A stretch of DNA of 43,102 bases from a virus. Its lineage: Duplodnaviria > Caudoviricetes. Below the pieces are notes generated by a model that had not been told where the DNA came from, searched no databases, and saw only the letters and a list, made by a program, of their open reading frames with translations. The DNA lies in IMG/VR virus record IMGVR_UViG_3300032335_000697, positions 1-43,102 of that record. One strand, 5' to 3'. Shown piece after piece: positions 26,012 through 36,458 of the stretch; within the stretch, counting starts at the first letter, position 1; every line of letters begins with the position of its first letter. The position numbers were made by a program, and so were the translations under genes.

Positions 26012-26274
26012 ATGAACCAATACCATTTGCTGGGTGGGTGCAGTACAGTGATGACACCGTTATGAAAAAAGAAGACTTAGTGAACCATCCTAAGCATTAC
26101 ACGTCACACCCATCAGGGGTGGAATGCATTCAGGTCACAGAACATATGGGTTTTAACCTTGGTAATGCCGTGAAATACATATGGCGGGCAGACGAAAAAG
26201 GCAACGCAGTCGAAGACTTACGTAAGGCTGTTTGGTACATCAACCGTGAAATAGCGAAGCGGATCAAAGTTTAA
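26008..26274 (+). CDS. DUF3310 (SaV/T7 gp1.7-like) protein
   Basis: VNHPKHY...ECI...GNAVKYIWRA...EDLRKAVWY. Confidence 0.85.
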   Translation: MNEPIPFAGWVQYSDDTVMKKEDLVNHPKHYTSHPSGVECIQVTEHMGFNLGNAVKYIWRADEKGNAVEDLRKAVWYINREIAKRIKV

Positions 26275-26276
26275 AC

Positions 26277-26552
26277 ATGGCTACCAAGGCGGAGAAAGAG
26301 CGGTATGGAAAAATGGCAAGACTCGGATGCATCCTGTGTTGGCATCTTGGATACGAAGGAACACCCGCAGAAATACATCACATTAGAAGAGGTGGTAGAC
26401 GAGACAATGCTCCTGTTATCCCGCTATGTCCTGAACACCACCGAGGAAATACTGGTATTCACGGACTTGGACGCAAAGCATTTGAAGCGAAGTATGAGTT
26501 ATCTGAGGAGGACTTATCCGTATTCACGGAACATCTCCTAACGAATGCCTAA
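26277..26552 (+). CDS. Ref/DUF968-like zinc HNH nuclease
   Basis: GCILC...AEIHH...IPLCPEHHRG...GIH. Confidence 0.75.
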   Translation: MATKAEKERYGKMARLGCILCWHLGYEGTPAEIHHIRRGGRRDNAPVIPLCPEHHRGNTGIHGLGRKAFEAKYELSEEDLSVFTEHLLTNA

Positions 26553-29500
26553 CTTATCTGCCGCTTTAACCCCTTGTTGGGCAATGATGTTGTACTGTGC
26601 CGTCAGTTTATTGATAAGTTCCCTACGCTCTTCAGGGGTTCTGCTTTGGTCACCCTTAACAATTTCAATCTGTCTACGAACCTTAGTCATGTTCTCGCTG
26701 AACTTTCTAAGGGTTGGTGCTGAGGCGATGAGCATCTTCTTCTCCTCGTCCTCCACCATTTCTCTAGCCTCTTCCAAGCGACCTGAGTTCTTCAGTTCGT
26801 TAAATCCTTGGGCGGTACGGTTGGCAGTCTGCTGAATGTCGAAGAAGTTAGCTACCGCTTTATCTGCGTTAGGGTCAGTCATAAACGCTTTGAAGAATGG
26901 CTGTTTCTCTAAATTTTTGGCAGCACCTTCTGTTCCTTGGAGCGTGTAAACGAGTTGATCAGCCAGACCAAACATAAACGTACCAGCTTCAGCAAAGTAG
27001 CCTTGGACTAAGTTATCAATCTTAGATGGGGACAGACCAACAAATCCGAGTCCAGCCCCGCTGAGGAACTTAGCCGTTTCACTAGCGTTACGTCCACGCA
27101 TCTCTACAGGAAGTCTAGATTCGCCAATACTTTCTACTGGGTTACCAGTAAAGAAGGAGTAGTTAACAATCGTCTCTAGGGCGGGTTTAATAGCCTGTGG
27201 CACTGGTACACCGCCTGTTGGGAGGTTATGTAACAAGCCATCTTTATAGGCTTTAATCATCTCTTTGCCGTTGTCATTGCCGTAGGCATAGCGTAGGGCT
27301 ACCTCTGGAACGACTTTGAATAGGAAGCCAACCTCGTATGGGACAGGAACTTTAAGAAATCCTTCTGAAATTGGGTTCTTGATTAACCAATTGTTATCTT
27401 TAACGTAGTTAGGTTGTTTTTGATACTCCTCATCATCTTGCATCAACATAGCGTAGGCGACTGAAGAGCCAAACATTAACGCAGCTCGCTGTTTAAACAG
27501 CTTCTTAGCTGCTTCTTTCTCCGAAGCTGGCAAGTTGTAACCTGTCGCTGCACGATATACGGTATCCAAGGAAGTGATGGATGCCGACAAGAATGGGATC
27601 ATTTGACGAGCGGCATTCAGGATCTTGGAGTTTCCGTGTACTAGGAAGTTAATAGCCTCACGAGACTTCATAACCGCATAATTAACTGCCTCTTCTTCAG
27701 TCATGCCTTTATTCAAAGCGGACTGCTTTTCCTTCTTGAAAATAGCTACACGGGTTGCCGCATCGGATGCCTCATGCATCAGCATTAGCTTGTGGAACAG
27801 CTTCTGAACGTTGCTTGGGTCAACCTTTTCTGTGCCAACTTGCTCAAGGAATGTTTGGAGATCAAGGGTGCTGTCGTACTGTCCAATAACCCCACGGGAG
27901 GCAAGAATCTTAGCCTCTTCCGAGTTCTTACGTAGGACGTTGATGTATTCCTTAGCAGAGTGGAATGGAGTAACAATACCGCCATTAGCTACGATGCTGG
28001 CATGGATTGGATCACGGATTAACTGACGTATCCAGAACATGGGGTTCAACAAAGCACCCGCACGGAGAACGTTAGTAGCCCCGCCAAAGAACTTTAAGAC
28101 AGGTCCAAGCTCATAATGCATGGACTCAAAGGCGGCAAGGTCAGTAGCGTTATCCACAACAACGTGAACCACACCCTTTGAATCTGCTAAAGGATTGGTA
28201 GGATCTTTGTAACGTAGATTAATTCCTTGGGCATCAGGATTGCCTACATCAACACCATTGCGTTTTTTGGTAGGTATTCTGGCGGCACCAGCATCAATTA
28301 ACTGAGTAATAGCGACTTTACGGACTTGGTTTTGGTAAGCACCCGCTAACATAGAAGCATATTGTTTATCAATATTTTCCCAAATATTGCGTTGTAATGG
28401 AACAGGATTGCCTTCTTCATCCAAAACAACTTTACCGCTCTTATCACGCAAGTACTCAGCACCCTCTAGTTTATGGACTTTAGGGGTAGACTTTAGACCA
28501 GACGCAGTAAAGCCTAGCTGACGCTCCATCATGGTGTCTAAATCGGTATTAGAAGCCGCTAAAGAAACGTAGAACTTCTTGGCACGATAGGTATCAGCCT
28601 CTGCCTTATCAAGTAGTCCTACGTTCTCCCAGAGGTTTATAAGCCCTGTATTGACCTTCTTCCAAATATCAAAGACTTCCTGTATTTCTGGAACATCCTT
28701 TAACTGTTGCTCTGCCCATTTAATCTGCTCTTGGGTAACCTGTTTCTCACGATTCCTGTTTTCCCCAGTCTTTGCGTTATGGATACGGTCTTCTTCCATA
28801 ATTTCTTTGCCACGCAAAGCACGAGCCACTTCAGCCACAAAGCCACGACCGCTTAGACCAGAGCCTTTGACATAGTAATTGTCGTTTAAACGGTCAGCCA
28901 GCACCTGGCTGTTGGCTAAGTTGTTAACTTCGTCTATTTCAATAATCAGGGAGCCGTCTGAATTAACGGTTGGGATACCAGTTTGCAAACCATTACGGAT
29001 TAGGTTGATGGTCTGGGCTTTAGCTCTAGCCAATAGGTCGCCACGTAGTACTCCGTTGGTATAGATTTCTTCGTTTTGCAAACGTTTTGCAAGACCAGAG
29101 TTAGGATCTATAAAGGCAATACGAGTCTTAATCCGCTCTTCAGGGTCTTTAAACATCTTAATGACACTGTTGATGGAGTCGGTAAGTCGTTTACCAGCCG
29201 TGTTGGCAGACTCTAACTTGGTATGGTTTTCTGGAGGAGCGTTAAAGGAATAGCGGATGTCCTTAGATTCTGCGGTAGGAGCAACGTTAAACGCAGACTT
29301 GATCTGACTTGAGTCATAGACCGCAAGGTTCTTTTGACCGCCTTCTTTTACATAAAAAGCATCAAAACCAGCGGCTTTAATTGCTTTTTGGAAGCGTGGT
29401 TTTTCAATTTCTGACCAATTGCCATTTCTTAAAGCACGTCTATCCAATTCAACTGCCAATGATTCAGTTTCAAGATTATTTAAAACCTCTTCAACATCGT

Positions 29501-32500
29501 TATCATTTTCAAAATCAAACGGTTTTCTAGAATAAACATATGTTGGAATGATATTGGCACGGCTAGGCAACTGCTCTCTTAATACTCTAGCCATCTCCTC
29601 CTCTGGAAGATCACCGCTTTTCTTAGCCCGTTTATCAGCTTCTTTTGCAAGTTTTTGCAACTCTTCGCTAGACAATATTTTTTTTAATTCCTTAACCATG
29701 TAGGCTTCGCTGGCATCAGTGAAACCTTCAGCAAAACGAGGGTTATCAGTTAAGAAAATAGCATTCGCTTGCTTAGGTTTAAACTCCGTAATATCACGGG
29801 CAGTGCCGTGATACATGATTTTTGGATTGCCATTCTCATCAACAATCTTAGACTTGCCTTCTATGCGGTTCATAAAGGCATCAACCTCTGGGGTGTCAGG
29901 AGCCTTTAAAGACATCTTTTTCTTAAGCGACAGAGTTCCTTTTGTTGGCTCTACTTTCTTTTCTGCCTCTGCTTCTATTTGATTTGGGTTAAGGACACGC
30001 TTTACCTTAACGCCAACAGGCTTAGGCTCAACACGACCTTCTTTGCTGGCTTGTACCAGAATGCCACGTTGCTTCTCTTCAAACTTCTTAGCCTCTGGCG
30101 GTTGTATATTCTTACCAGACCATAACGCATTGCCGTATTTGGTAGGAATACGAGCATCACTGTACATACTTTGTACTTCGTAATGATCCGCTAGTTGTTT
30201 TACAAACATAGCATCGTCTGTTAATGGATCGTAAAGAACCAACTGAGGTCCGCTGCGGTATACCCGTTTAAACCGCTTGCCAAGATCCTCGATATGCAAA
30301 ATCAGGTCTTCTAAACGCTCTTTGGTAACTTCAGCGGGTCTGCGTTTAACGTCAGTCTGCATCCTTCTAAGGATGTGGTTGGCTCCATAGCCTTGATCAC
30401 TAATGTCGTCATGCGTACCAACAGGTAGGCGGATAGGGTATTTAGCAAATGGTGCGGAACCTGGCATAAACGCTAGGTTGCCTGTGTTGTTGGGGTTTTT
30501 CTCTGAGACTAAGAACGTGGTTGGGTCTATGTTGCCCAACGCTAGAGAATACTTACTTTCAGGGGCTACTTCTTCTGCTCTAAAAGAAAATTTACCGATG
30601 GATTTAGCCTGTTCATCAATTCCTTGATCGTATTCTTTAACTTTTACACCGTCTGTTTTTGTTGGTGCCTTGTTATAGGTTGGGTCATAGACCATGAAAA
30701 CAACATCAGGCTCCCCTTTGTTAAAAGGAAGAAACACTTCTTTATCCCAGTTATCTGGTTTATATTCATCATTCCAGCCTAAACGAGCAACAATCTTGAA
30801 ACCATTGTTGTAATACAAATCTGGCAATACAGTATCAAACGCATCTAATCTTCTACCGCCTTCTTGTACTGCCAACTGCATAATTCCGTTAACGCCACCA
30901 ACGTATGGTTCTGTAGAAAATACAGAAACAATATCATCACCCTTTAAGGCAAAACCAGCTTTTCCATCTTTGGTAAGGAATGTACGCATATTTGCGTATT
31001 CTTCCTCTGGGTATACATAAACTGCCGCCCCAAATTGGGTACCTTTTTTTGATGAAGCAATAGATTTTTGAAATAATTCAGCACCGCTTGGATCTAATTC
31101 ATAAAAAGTTGGGGTATCTACATCGGCAGTTAAAAGAGCGTTTTTAAAACGAATAACAGGTTTAAATTCTGCAATTGCTTTTTGTCCTAAAACCCGAAAT
31201 CCTTTGCCATCTGTTCCGCCATTTCTCTTGTAAGCATTGGGTGTCTCTTCATTGCGTTCTCTATAGGATCGTATGATTCCCCTTGTGATGAAGTGTTTGC
31301 GTTCTTTTCCAGCAAAGCCAACATCTCTTCCTTCGGAGCCAATTTTAGAGGGGTACTTTCCAAAATCTCGTTGTATTGCTGCTGTTCTGTCTGCATATTC
31401 TTTCTCCGTAGTTGCTTCTACATCTTTAATTTTTGACTCAGGTATGCCGTTTAAACGGGCTAGTTTGGCTGCTGCGTTGGAATAGTCTGGTGCTTCATCA
31501 TCAGTATAACCTTCGCTGACATTACTTTCTTTTGCTGCATCGTACAAACGCCTTTCTGGATACCATAACAAAGCCTGCAAATCAGACATTGTCATGTTTG
31601 GGTAGCCACGTTTACGTATGCCGTCTAATATTCCTGAGAAAACCTCACGAATGTAATTTCTTTCAGCAGGACCTGCTGGTGCTTCTTTTTGTGCATCAAT
31701 GTAACCAACAAGACTATTAGATGTTTTGCGAATTGTTTGCCCAAGATCGCTTTTATTAAAAATTGATCTATTTGCGGGCTTGATTGAAGCCTTGTTAATT
31801 GCAGTAGCTAAAGCATCAATTGCTGTGTCGTTTGCAAAATCTTTTTCTGTAATGGTTTTGTTAATAACTTGTTCAAAACGTTCACGAGTTTGTTTGTTTT
31901 TTGATTCAACCAATCCTTGGATCAAATCGTTCATCTCACCACGTTTGTTACTAATGAGACGTGCGTTGTCTTCAATTAAAGAACCAGTCCAACGACCCCA
32001 AGTACGCATTAACCAACGATCCATCGTTAGTTGATCAAAAATACCGTTTAAATTAGAGAAGAAACCATTGCCAATCTTTGGTCCAAGGATGGATGCACCC
32101 AATACTCTTGTGTCAGCAAATTCACCGCCTACTTCTAAATTTGTAATTCTTTCAATTTGTTTGACCGTAAACTCAGTAGCCATGAATTTACGCATATTAT
32201 CAATGCCGTACTTCTCGGTCATCAAATTAAATAACTCTAAACTGTTATTAATGGCTTGTTGTGCTTCTCCAGCACTAAGATTGGTTGGCATCTTCCCTGT
32301 TTTTTTGTAAGCTTTGTAAGCTTGCTCTGCTAACTGGAAGTTCTTGTCAACTTTTATACCGTTAGATGTAACAGCTAATGCCCAAGTAAATGCAAATTTT
32401 GCATCTGGATCGGTTTTAATCTCTGGATGCATTAAAGCAATAACATTTAAGGCTTTGGCTACGGTTTTATCGTACCAACCTACTGCATTTGCATTGCTTT

Positions 32501-35500
32501 TTAATGCATAAATAGCATCATCTATACCAGCTTTAACTAAGTGTTTGGTAGTTTCGTCTTCTGTAGATGAGAGATCAATGCCTTCTTTTTCGGCAGCAGC
32601 CAATACTTGATCTTGAATGGCAATTTTTAAATCACGGTTGCGTTTAAACTTATCGCTGTTGTCACGGGCAAATTTAAAAATATTTTCTAAAGAAGATGTT
32701 TCCAACAATGGCTTTTCTTCTGCACGTAATGAATACTTAAACTGTGATTTAGGTGCATATACCGCATTTTTAGCCAGCACGAGCGGACCAATCTGAATTA
32801 CTTCATCGGCAGAAACAACAGGTTCGGTTGTTTTACGGTCATAGAAATAGCTATGACGCTCTGGATCCATACCAACCTGTGTCCATGCTGGGTCGTTTAA
32901 AGCCTCTTCTGCTCTTGCAACCGCTTCTTTTTCACTAATCTTTTTGTAGCTACCTTTAATGGTGGCAATTGTGCCTTTTGGCTTTCCACCAGCAATACTT
33001 GCGGCAGCTTTTTCAGACATACCAAATGTGGCATTAGTTACTGAGGCTACGCTTTCATGTCCAATCTTCTTGCCAGCACCAAATCCTGATGCTTGTTCAT
33101 GGATGGTAGGAACCCATACCCCATAACGGCTATATGCTGGAATATCTAGTCTTAAGCCAACTGGGTGACCATTCTTTAATGTCTTAGATGGAACACCATA
33201 GGTCTCTTTGTCTTCAATAGCACCTATAGCTTCTGCTTTTGTAGCTGGTTTTGGAACAAAATCATACGGCATGATTGTTTTGTACTTATTAACCAACTTG
33301 TCGTACTGTTTGGCGGTTATCTCTCCAGCCTCAAGCTTTGCCATTCCCTCTTGTAGCTCAGGAATACGCTCGGTAACCTGTTTAAAGTCCATATCAATAC
33401 GTCTTGTTTTGTCGTATTTAATGCCTTTTTCAGTTTTAACAGGCTCAAGAGTTTTAATACCACCTTCTTCAACTTTGGCAAATATTTCATTGGCGGTAGT
33501 AAAGCCTAGTTTGTTAAGGGAGTTACGTAGGGCTTCAAAGAACTTCTGTAGGCGGTAAATGATGTTGCCAATCATGCCTGCTGGCAGTTTGTTCTTGCTA
33601 TAGAAACGGAAAGCCTCGGCAATAGCCTCTTCTTGAATGTATTCGTCAAAACCTTTTAGGCTACCGTAGTCCTGTTTGTATTGATCTTGATAGCGTTTAA
33701 ACAGCCCACGATCAGTGATGAACTTTTGAATCCACTCGGACTTAGCCTTGTTTGTTAGGACTTTCCATTCGGCATCGGTAAACCCGCCAAGCTCTTTAAT
33801 AGCATGGATGGACTCATGGCGAAGTGTTCCCATGACATCTTTGGCATCTAGAGCCAATGTAATTAAGTTTTTAACGTAAGAACCGTCTGCTTTGCCGTTT
33901 TCAATGCTATCGACAATGTTTAAACCAATCTTTTCCAAACCAAAACGCTTAAGAGTTGGCATTAAAGACTTGCGGAAAGCATCTATATTCTCTGTTAGCT
34001 TCTCTTGTGCTTCTTTTTTAACAAGACCAAGCTTTTCTAAACGTTCTTCAGCACCTTCTAACCCCTGTTTGGTGGTAATTTCAATGCCTTCAGGCTTCTT
34101 ACCAGTGCGGGAGTCTAGTTCTTTTTGGGCTAGGTCTACGTAACGTTTTACTCTGCCTGTTTGCTTTTGAGTTGGAGCAGAATCAATGATCTGCTGCAAT
34201 GTCTGGTCGTTTAAACGGCTTATGCCATATGCTTCAGCCTGTTCTTCGCTGTCAAACTTAACGGTTGGCTTACCTTTTTCATAATAGGTAAACTTGTTTT
34301 GGGTCAAAGCTCTAGTACCAACAGGCACTATTCTGACTGGCTGAGTAAGTTTTTGCTGTTGTTGCCGTAATGTTGCTATTTTTTGATTAGCTTCTTGATC
34401 TTTACTATAGGCTTTGGCTGAATCAATAAAAAATTGATCTTCCGTGTCTTCTCCTAAAGACCTAGCCTTAAGCAGTGCATTTTCTCGTTGCTGAATGCCA
34501 GCCTGCAAACTGTTAATTTGTTTCTCCAAATCAACAATCTTTGCCTGACGATTTCTTTCATGTATGACCAGTTCCTCTTCTGCTTCCTCAGCAGTTTCTT
34601 TCTGGTTGATCACTCGACTGCCAGAACGAATTTCATAGAAATCAGGGGCATCTCCCTGTTTAAACGTCTCTTTACGGATGTCCATGCCGCCAGGCAGCTC
34701 TTTTCTTGGAGTGGGTTTCTGGATCATCTCTACATTCTTTTCCACACCATTGACGTTCCGAACCTCAACGATACGCTCCAAGTCACCGCTAAGGAGGGCT
34801 TGGTCTAAAAGACGTTGCTGGTCTTTCCTTCTTGTTAGACCACTATATTTCTCAATCTGCTTTAGTACGCTTTCTCTGCCGTTAGGTTTATCGCCTACTT
34901 CTGCAAACTCTTTATTGATCCCGCCTAGAGTCTTTGTATATTGCTCAGGGGTATAGTGTTTAACCGTAGTAATGCCAGCTTGTAGGACTTGGGACTCAGA
35001 CCCTACGGGAATGTTATCTAGTGCCTGCTTAACCGCCAAACGCTGGGGAGCAGACATATCCTCCAAATTACTGGTTCCAGTGGTTCTTTCTAGGAAGTCT
35101 CTAAAGCCTTGAGTATCTGTAGCAATACCACGCTGCTGGGCGGCTAAATTCAATACGTTAGGGGGTATATCGTTTTCTGCTTGAAAACCTGTCCTAGAGG
35201 CTACTAAGCGTCCTAGGACACCTTCTGCGGTCTTACTCTCCTCTGGGGTAAAGACGTCAGCCAAGTCCTCAATAGAGAAGGTCTTGCCAATACGAGCCTT
35301 ACCCATTGCCTGTCTGCGTTTATTAATCTCTGCAATTTCCTTGGCACTAAGGTCAGTGGTTTGGAATCGACCCAAAGGATTGAATAAAGGATCGTCCTCG
35401 GAAGGCTCTACGTACTTCTTGTCTGGTGCGGGTAAGGCTAGAGTCTCAGGAACACCTAATTGTTGCCGAGTTTCTTGTATCTGTTGACGTTGCTCTAAGG

Positions 35501-36458
35501 CGGCTTTTTGCTGGGCTTCTTGTTCGGCTCTTTGACGATCAAGCATAGCCTGTCGTTTCTGCTCCTGTTCCATCTGGCTACCCTGACGGACAATGGCTCC
35601 ACGCTCTAAGTAGGTGCCAGGTACGGCTAATGTACCGCCAAGTACTGCACCGCCAATAAAGCTATCAAAGTATTCGTCTCTGGCTTGTTGGTCTGAGATG
35701 TTTAAACCAGCCTGTAGACGCTCTAAGAACTGTTGCCCTACTTCAGTAGCACCCTCAATACCAGCCAGCTTGGCTGAACCAGCACCATAAGCGGCAGTGG
35801 TTCTAAGCATCCCTTGCTCGGCAATCTTCTTAGCTAGTTCTGGAGTGACTTCCTTGCCAGCCGCACCAAATAGCTTACCAACCGCTGGGATCATTCGTAA
35901 TGAAATAAGGTCTAATGCAGTTTGGGGAGCAGCCGCAGCAGCAGCTTTACCTAGACTAGTTTCTTCTAGGGTTTTGCCTGTCTCCATCTGGCGGGCAAGG
36001 TTAGATCCTGTAAACTGGCTTAAAGAGGCAAGTCCAGCGCCACCAAGACCAACTGCTGCACCAAGACCAAGAGCTTTGGCTCCAACACCAGCAACTAATG
36101 GAGCTGCCATGTATGGTACAGAACCGCCTAATGTTTCTCTAAACTTTAAGAATGGAGCCTGAGACCAACCTTCTTCTGTTGGTTTAAACATCTTTTCGGC
36201 TAATATGTCTTTTTCCCTCTTATAACGTTCAGCATCTTCTAGACTCATTAGTCCAGTTTTGCCAGCTAAAAGGGCTATATCACCCTTTAAACGCTCTTTA
36301 CCTGCGGAAAAAGCACCAGTAAATCCTGTGTCTTGTTTAATTTTTTCTGGACGATACATCATCTGAGCATAGGCTGCCACCTGCTCATTAGTAGCCCCTT
36401 CAGGAGCTTCTATTTCCAGAATTTTGCCGTCTGGTGCGGCTACTTCATAGATAGGCAT
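26538..36458 (-). CDS. Giant polyvalent ejection protein (3306 aa)
   Basis: HESIH zincin; HhH-glycosylase-like, GNAT-like, GxGxxHI nuclease-like and YHGT..QIKS ART-like segments; LPD38-like C-terminus. Confidence 0.85.
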   Translation of the reverse strand: MPIYEVAAPDGKILEIEAPEGATNEQVAAYAQMMYRPEKIKQDTGFTGAFSAGKERLKGDIALLAGKTGLMSLEDAERYKREKDILAEKMFKPTEEGWSQAPFLKFRETLGGSVPYMAAPLVAGVGAKALGLGAAVGLGGAGLASLSQFTGSNLARQMETGKTLEETSLGKAAAAAAPQTALDLISLRMIPAVGKLFGAAGKEVTPELAKKIAEQGMLRTTAAYGAGSAKLAGIEGATEVGQQFLERLQAGLNISDQQARDEYFDSFIGGAVLGGTLAVPGTYLERGAIVRQGSQMEQEQKRQAMLDRQRAEQEAQQKAALEQRQQIQETRQQLGVPETLALPAPDKKYVEPSEDDPLFNPLGRFQTTDLSAKEIAEINKRRQAMGKARIGKTFSIEDLADVFTPEESKTAEGVLGRLVASRTGFQAENDIPPNVLNLAAQQRGIATDTQGFRDFLERTTGTSNLEDMSAPQRLAVKQALDNIPVGSESQVLQAGITTVKHYTPEQYTKTLGGINKEFAEVGDKPNGRESVLKQIEKYSGLTRRKDQQRLLDQALLSGDLERIVEVRNVNGVEKNVEMIQKPTPRKELPGGMDIRKETFKQGDAPDFYEIRSGSRVINQKETAEEAEEELVIHERNRQAKIVDLEKQINSLQAGIQQRENALLKARSLGEDTEDQFFIDSAKAYSKDQEANQKIATLRQQQQKLTQPVRIVPVGTRALTQNKFTYYEKGKPTVKFDSEEQAEAYGISRLNDQTLQQIIDSAPTQKQTGRVKRYVDLAQKELDSRTGKKPEGIEITTKQGLEGAEERLEKLGLVKKEAQEKLTENIDAFRKSLMPTLKRFGLEKIGLNIVDSIENGKADGSYVKNLITLALDAKDVMGTLRHESIHAIKELGGFTDAEWKVLTNKAKSEWIQKFITDRGLFKRYQDQYKQDYGSLKGFDEYIQEEAIAEAFRFYSKNKLPAGMIGNIIYRLQKFFEALRNSLNKLGFTTANEIFAKVEEGGIKTLEPVKTEKGIKYDKTRRIDMDFKQVTERIPELQEGMAKLEAGEITAKQYDKLVNKYKTIMPYDFVPKPATKAEAIGAIEDKETYGVPSKTLKNGHPVGLRLDIPAYSRYGVWVPTIHEQASGFGAGKKIGHESVASVTNATFGMSEKAAASIAGGKPKGTIATIKGSYKKISEKEAVARAEEALNDPAWTQVGMDPERHSYFYDRKTTEPVVSADEVIQIGPLVLAKNAVYAPKSQFKYSLRAEEKPLLETSSLENIFKFARDNSDKFKRNRDLKIAIQDQVLAAAEKEGIDLSSTEDETTKHLVKAGIDDAIYALKSNANAVGWYDKTVAKALNVIALMHPEIKTDPDAKFAFTWALAVTSNGIKVDKNFQLAEQAYKAYKKTGKMPTNLSAGEAQQAINNSLELFNLMTEKYGIDNMRKFMATEFTVKQIERITNLEVGGEFADTRVLGASILGPKIGNGFFSNLNGIFDQLTMDRWLMRTWGRWTGSLIEDNARLISNKRGEMNDLIQGLVESKNKQTRERFEQVINKTITEKDFANDTAIDALATAINKASIKPANRSIFNKSDLGQTIRKTSNSLVGYIDAQKEAPAGPAERNYIREVFSGILDGIRKRGYPNMTMSDLQALLWYPERRLYDAAKESNVSEGYTDDEAPDYSNAAAKLARLNGIPESKIKDVEATTEKEYADRTAAIQRDFGKYPSKIGSEGRDVGFAGKERKHFITRGIIRSYRERNEETPNAYKRNGGTDGKGFRVLGQKAIAEFKPVIRFKNALLTADVDTPTFYELDPSGAELFQKSIASSKKGTQFGAAVYVYPEEEYANMRTFLTKDGKAGFALKGDDIVSVFSTEPYVGGVNGIMQLAVQEGGRRLDAFDTVLPDLYYNNGFKIVARLGWNDEYKPDNWDKEVFLPFNKGEPDVVFMVYDPTYNKAPTKTDGVKVKEYDQGIDEQAKSIGKFSFRAEEVAPESKYSLALGNIDPTTFLVSEKNPNNTGNLAFMPGSAPFAKYPIRLPVGTHDDISDQGYGANHILRRMQTDVKRRPAEVTKERLEDLILHIEDLGKRFKRVYRSGPQLVLYDPLTDDAMFVKQLADHYEVQSMYSDARIPTKYGNALWSGKNIQPPEAKKFEEKQRGILVQASKEGRVEPKPVGVKVKRVLNPNQIEAEAEKKVEPTKGTLSLKKKMSLKAPDTPEVDAFMNRIEGKSKIVDENGNPKIMYHGTARDITEFKPKQANAIFLTDNPRFAEGFTDASEAYMVKELKKILSSEELQKLAKEADKRAKKSGDLPEEEMARVLREQLPSRANIIPTYVYSRKPFDFENDNDVEEVLNNLETESLAVELDRRALRNGNWSEIEKPRFQKAIKAAGFDAFYVKEGGQKNLAVYDSSQIKSAFNVAPTAESKDIRYSFNAPPENHTKLESANTAGKRLTDSINSVIKMFKDPEERIKTRIAFIDPNSGLAKRLQNEEIYTNGVLRGDLLARAKAQTINLIRNGLQTGIPTVNSDGSLIIEIDEVNNLANSQVLADRLNDNYYVKGSGLSGRGFVAEVARALRGKEIMEEDRIHNAKTGENRNREKQVTQEQIKWAEQQLKDVPEIQEVFDIWKKVNTGLINLWENVGLLDKAEADTYRAKKFYVSLAASNTDLDTMMERQLGFTASGLKSTPKVHKLEGAEYLRDKSGKVVLDEEGNPVPLQRNIWENIDKQYASMLAGAYQNQVRKVAITQLIDAGAARIPTKKRNGVDVGNPDAQGINLRYKDPTNPLADSKGVVHVVVDNATDLAAFESMHYELGPVLKFFGGATNVLRAGALLNPMFWIRQLIRDPIHASIVANGGIVTPFHSAKEYINVLRKNSEEAKILASRGVIGQYDSTLDLQTFLEQVGTEKVDPSNVQKLFHKLMLMHEASDAATRVAIFKKEKQSALNKGMTEEEAVNYAVMKSREAINFLVHGNSKILNAARQMIPFLSASITSLDTVYRAATGYNLPASEKEAAKKLFKQRAALMFGSSVAYAMLMQDDEEYQKQPNYVKDNNWLIKNPISEGFLKVPVPYEVGFLFKVVPEVALRYAYGNDNGKEMIKAYKDGLLHNLPTGGVPVPQAIKPALETIVNYSFFTGNPVESIGESRLPVEMRGRNASETAKFLSGAGLGFVGLSPSKIDNLVQGYFAEAGTFMFGLADQLVYTLQGTEGAAKNLEKQPFFKAFMTDPNADKAVANFFDIQQTANRTAQGFNELKNSGRLEEAREMVEDEEKKMLIASAPTLRKFSENMTKVRRQIEIVKGDQSRTPEERRELINKLTAQYNIIAQQGVKAADKLGIR
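31187..31396 (-). CDS. Possible nested out-of-frame gene (69 aa)
   Basis: GGAG-7 nt-ATG; protein-like helical sequence; lies in an interdomain linker of the giant ORF. Confidence 0.4.
   Translation of the reverse strand: MQTEQQQYNEILESTPLKLAPKEEMLALLEKNANTSSQGESYDPIENAMKRHPMLTREMAEQMAKDFGF

Larger units (their letters stand above)
4738..36189. repeat. Dispersed over-represented palindrome GTTTAAAC (38 copies counted by eye)
   Basis: Positions are listed in the findings; flanks are biased to YGTTTAAACR. Confidence 0.9.
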
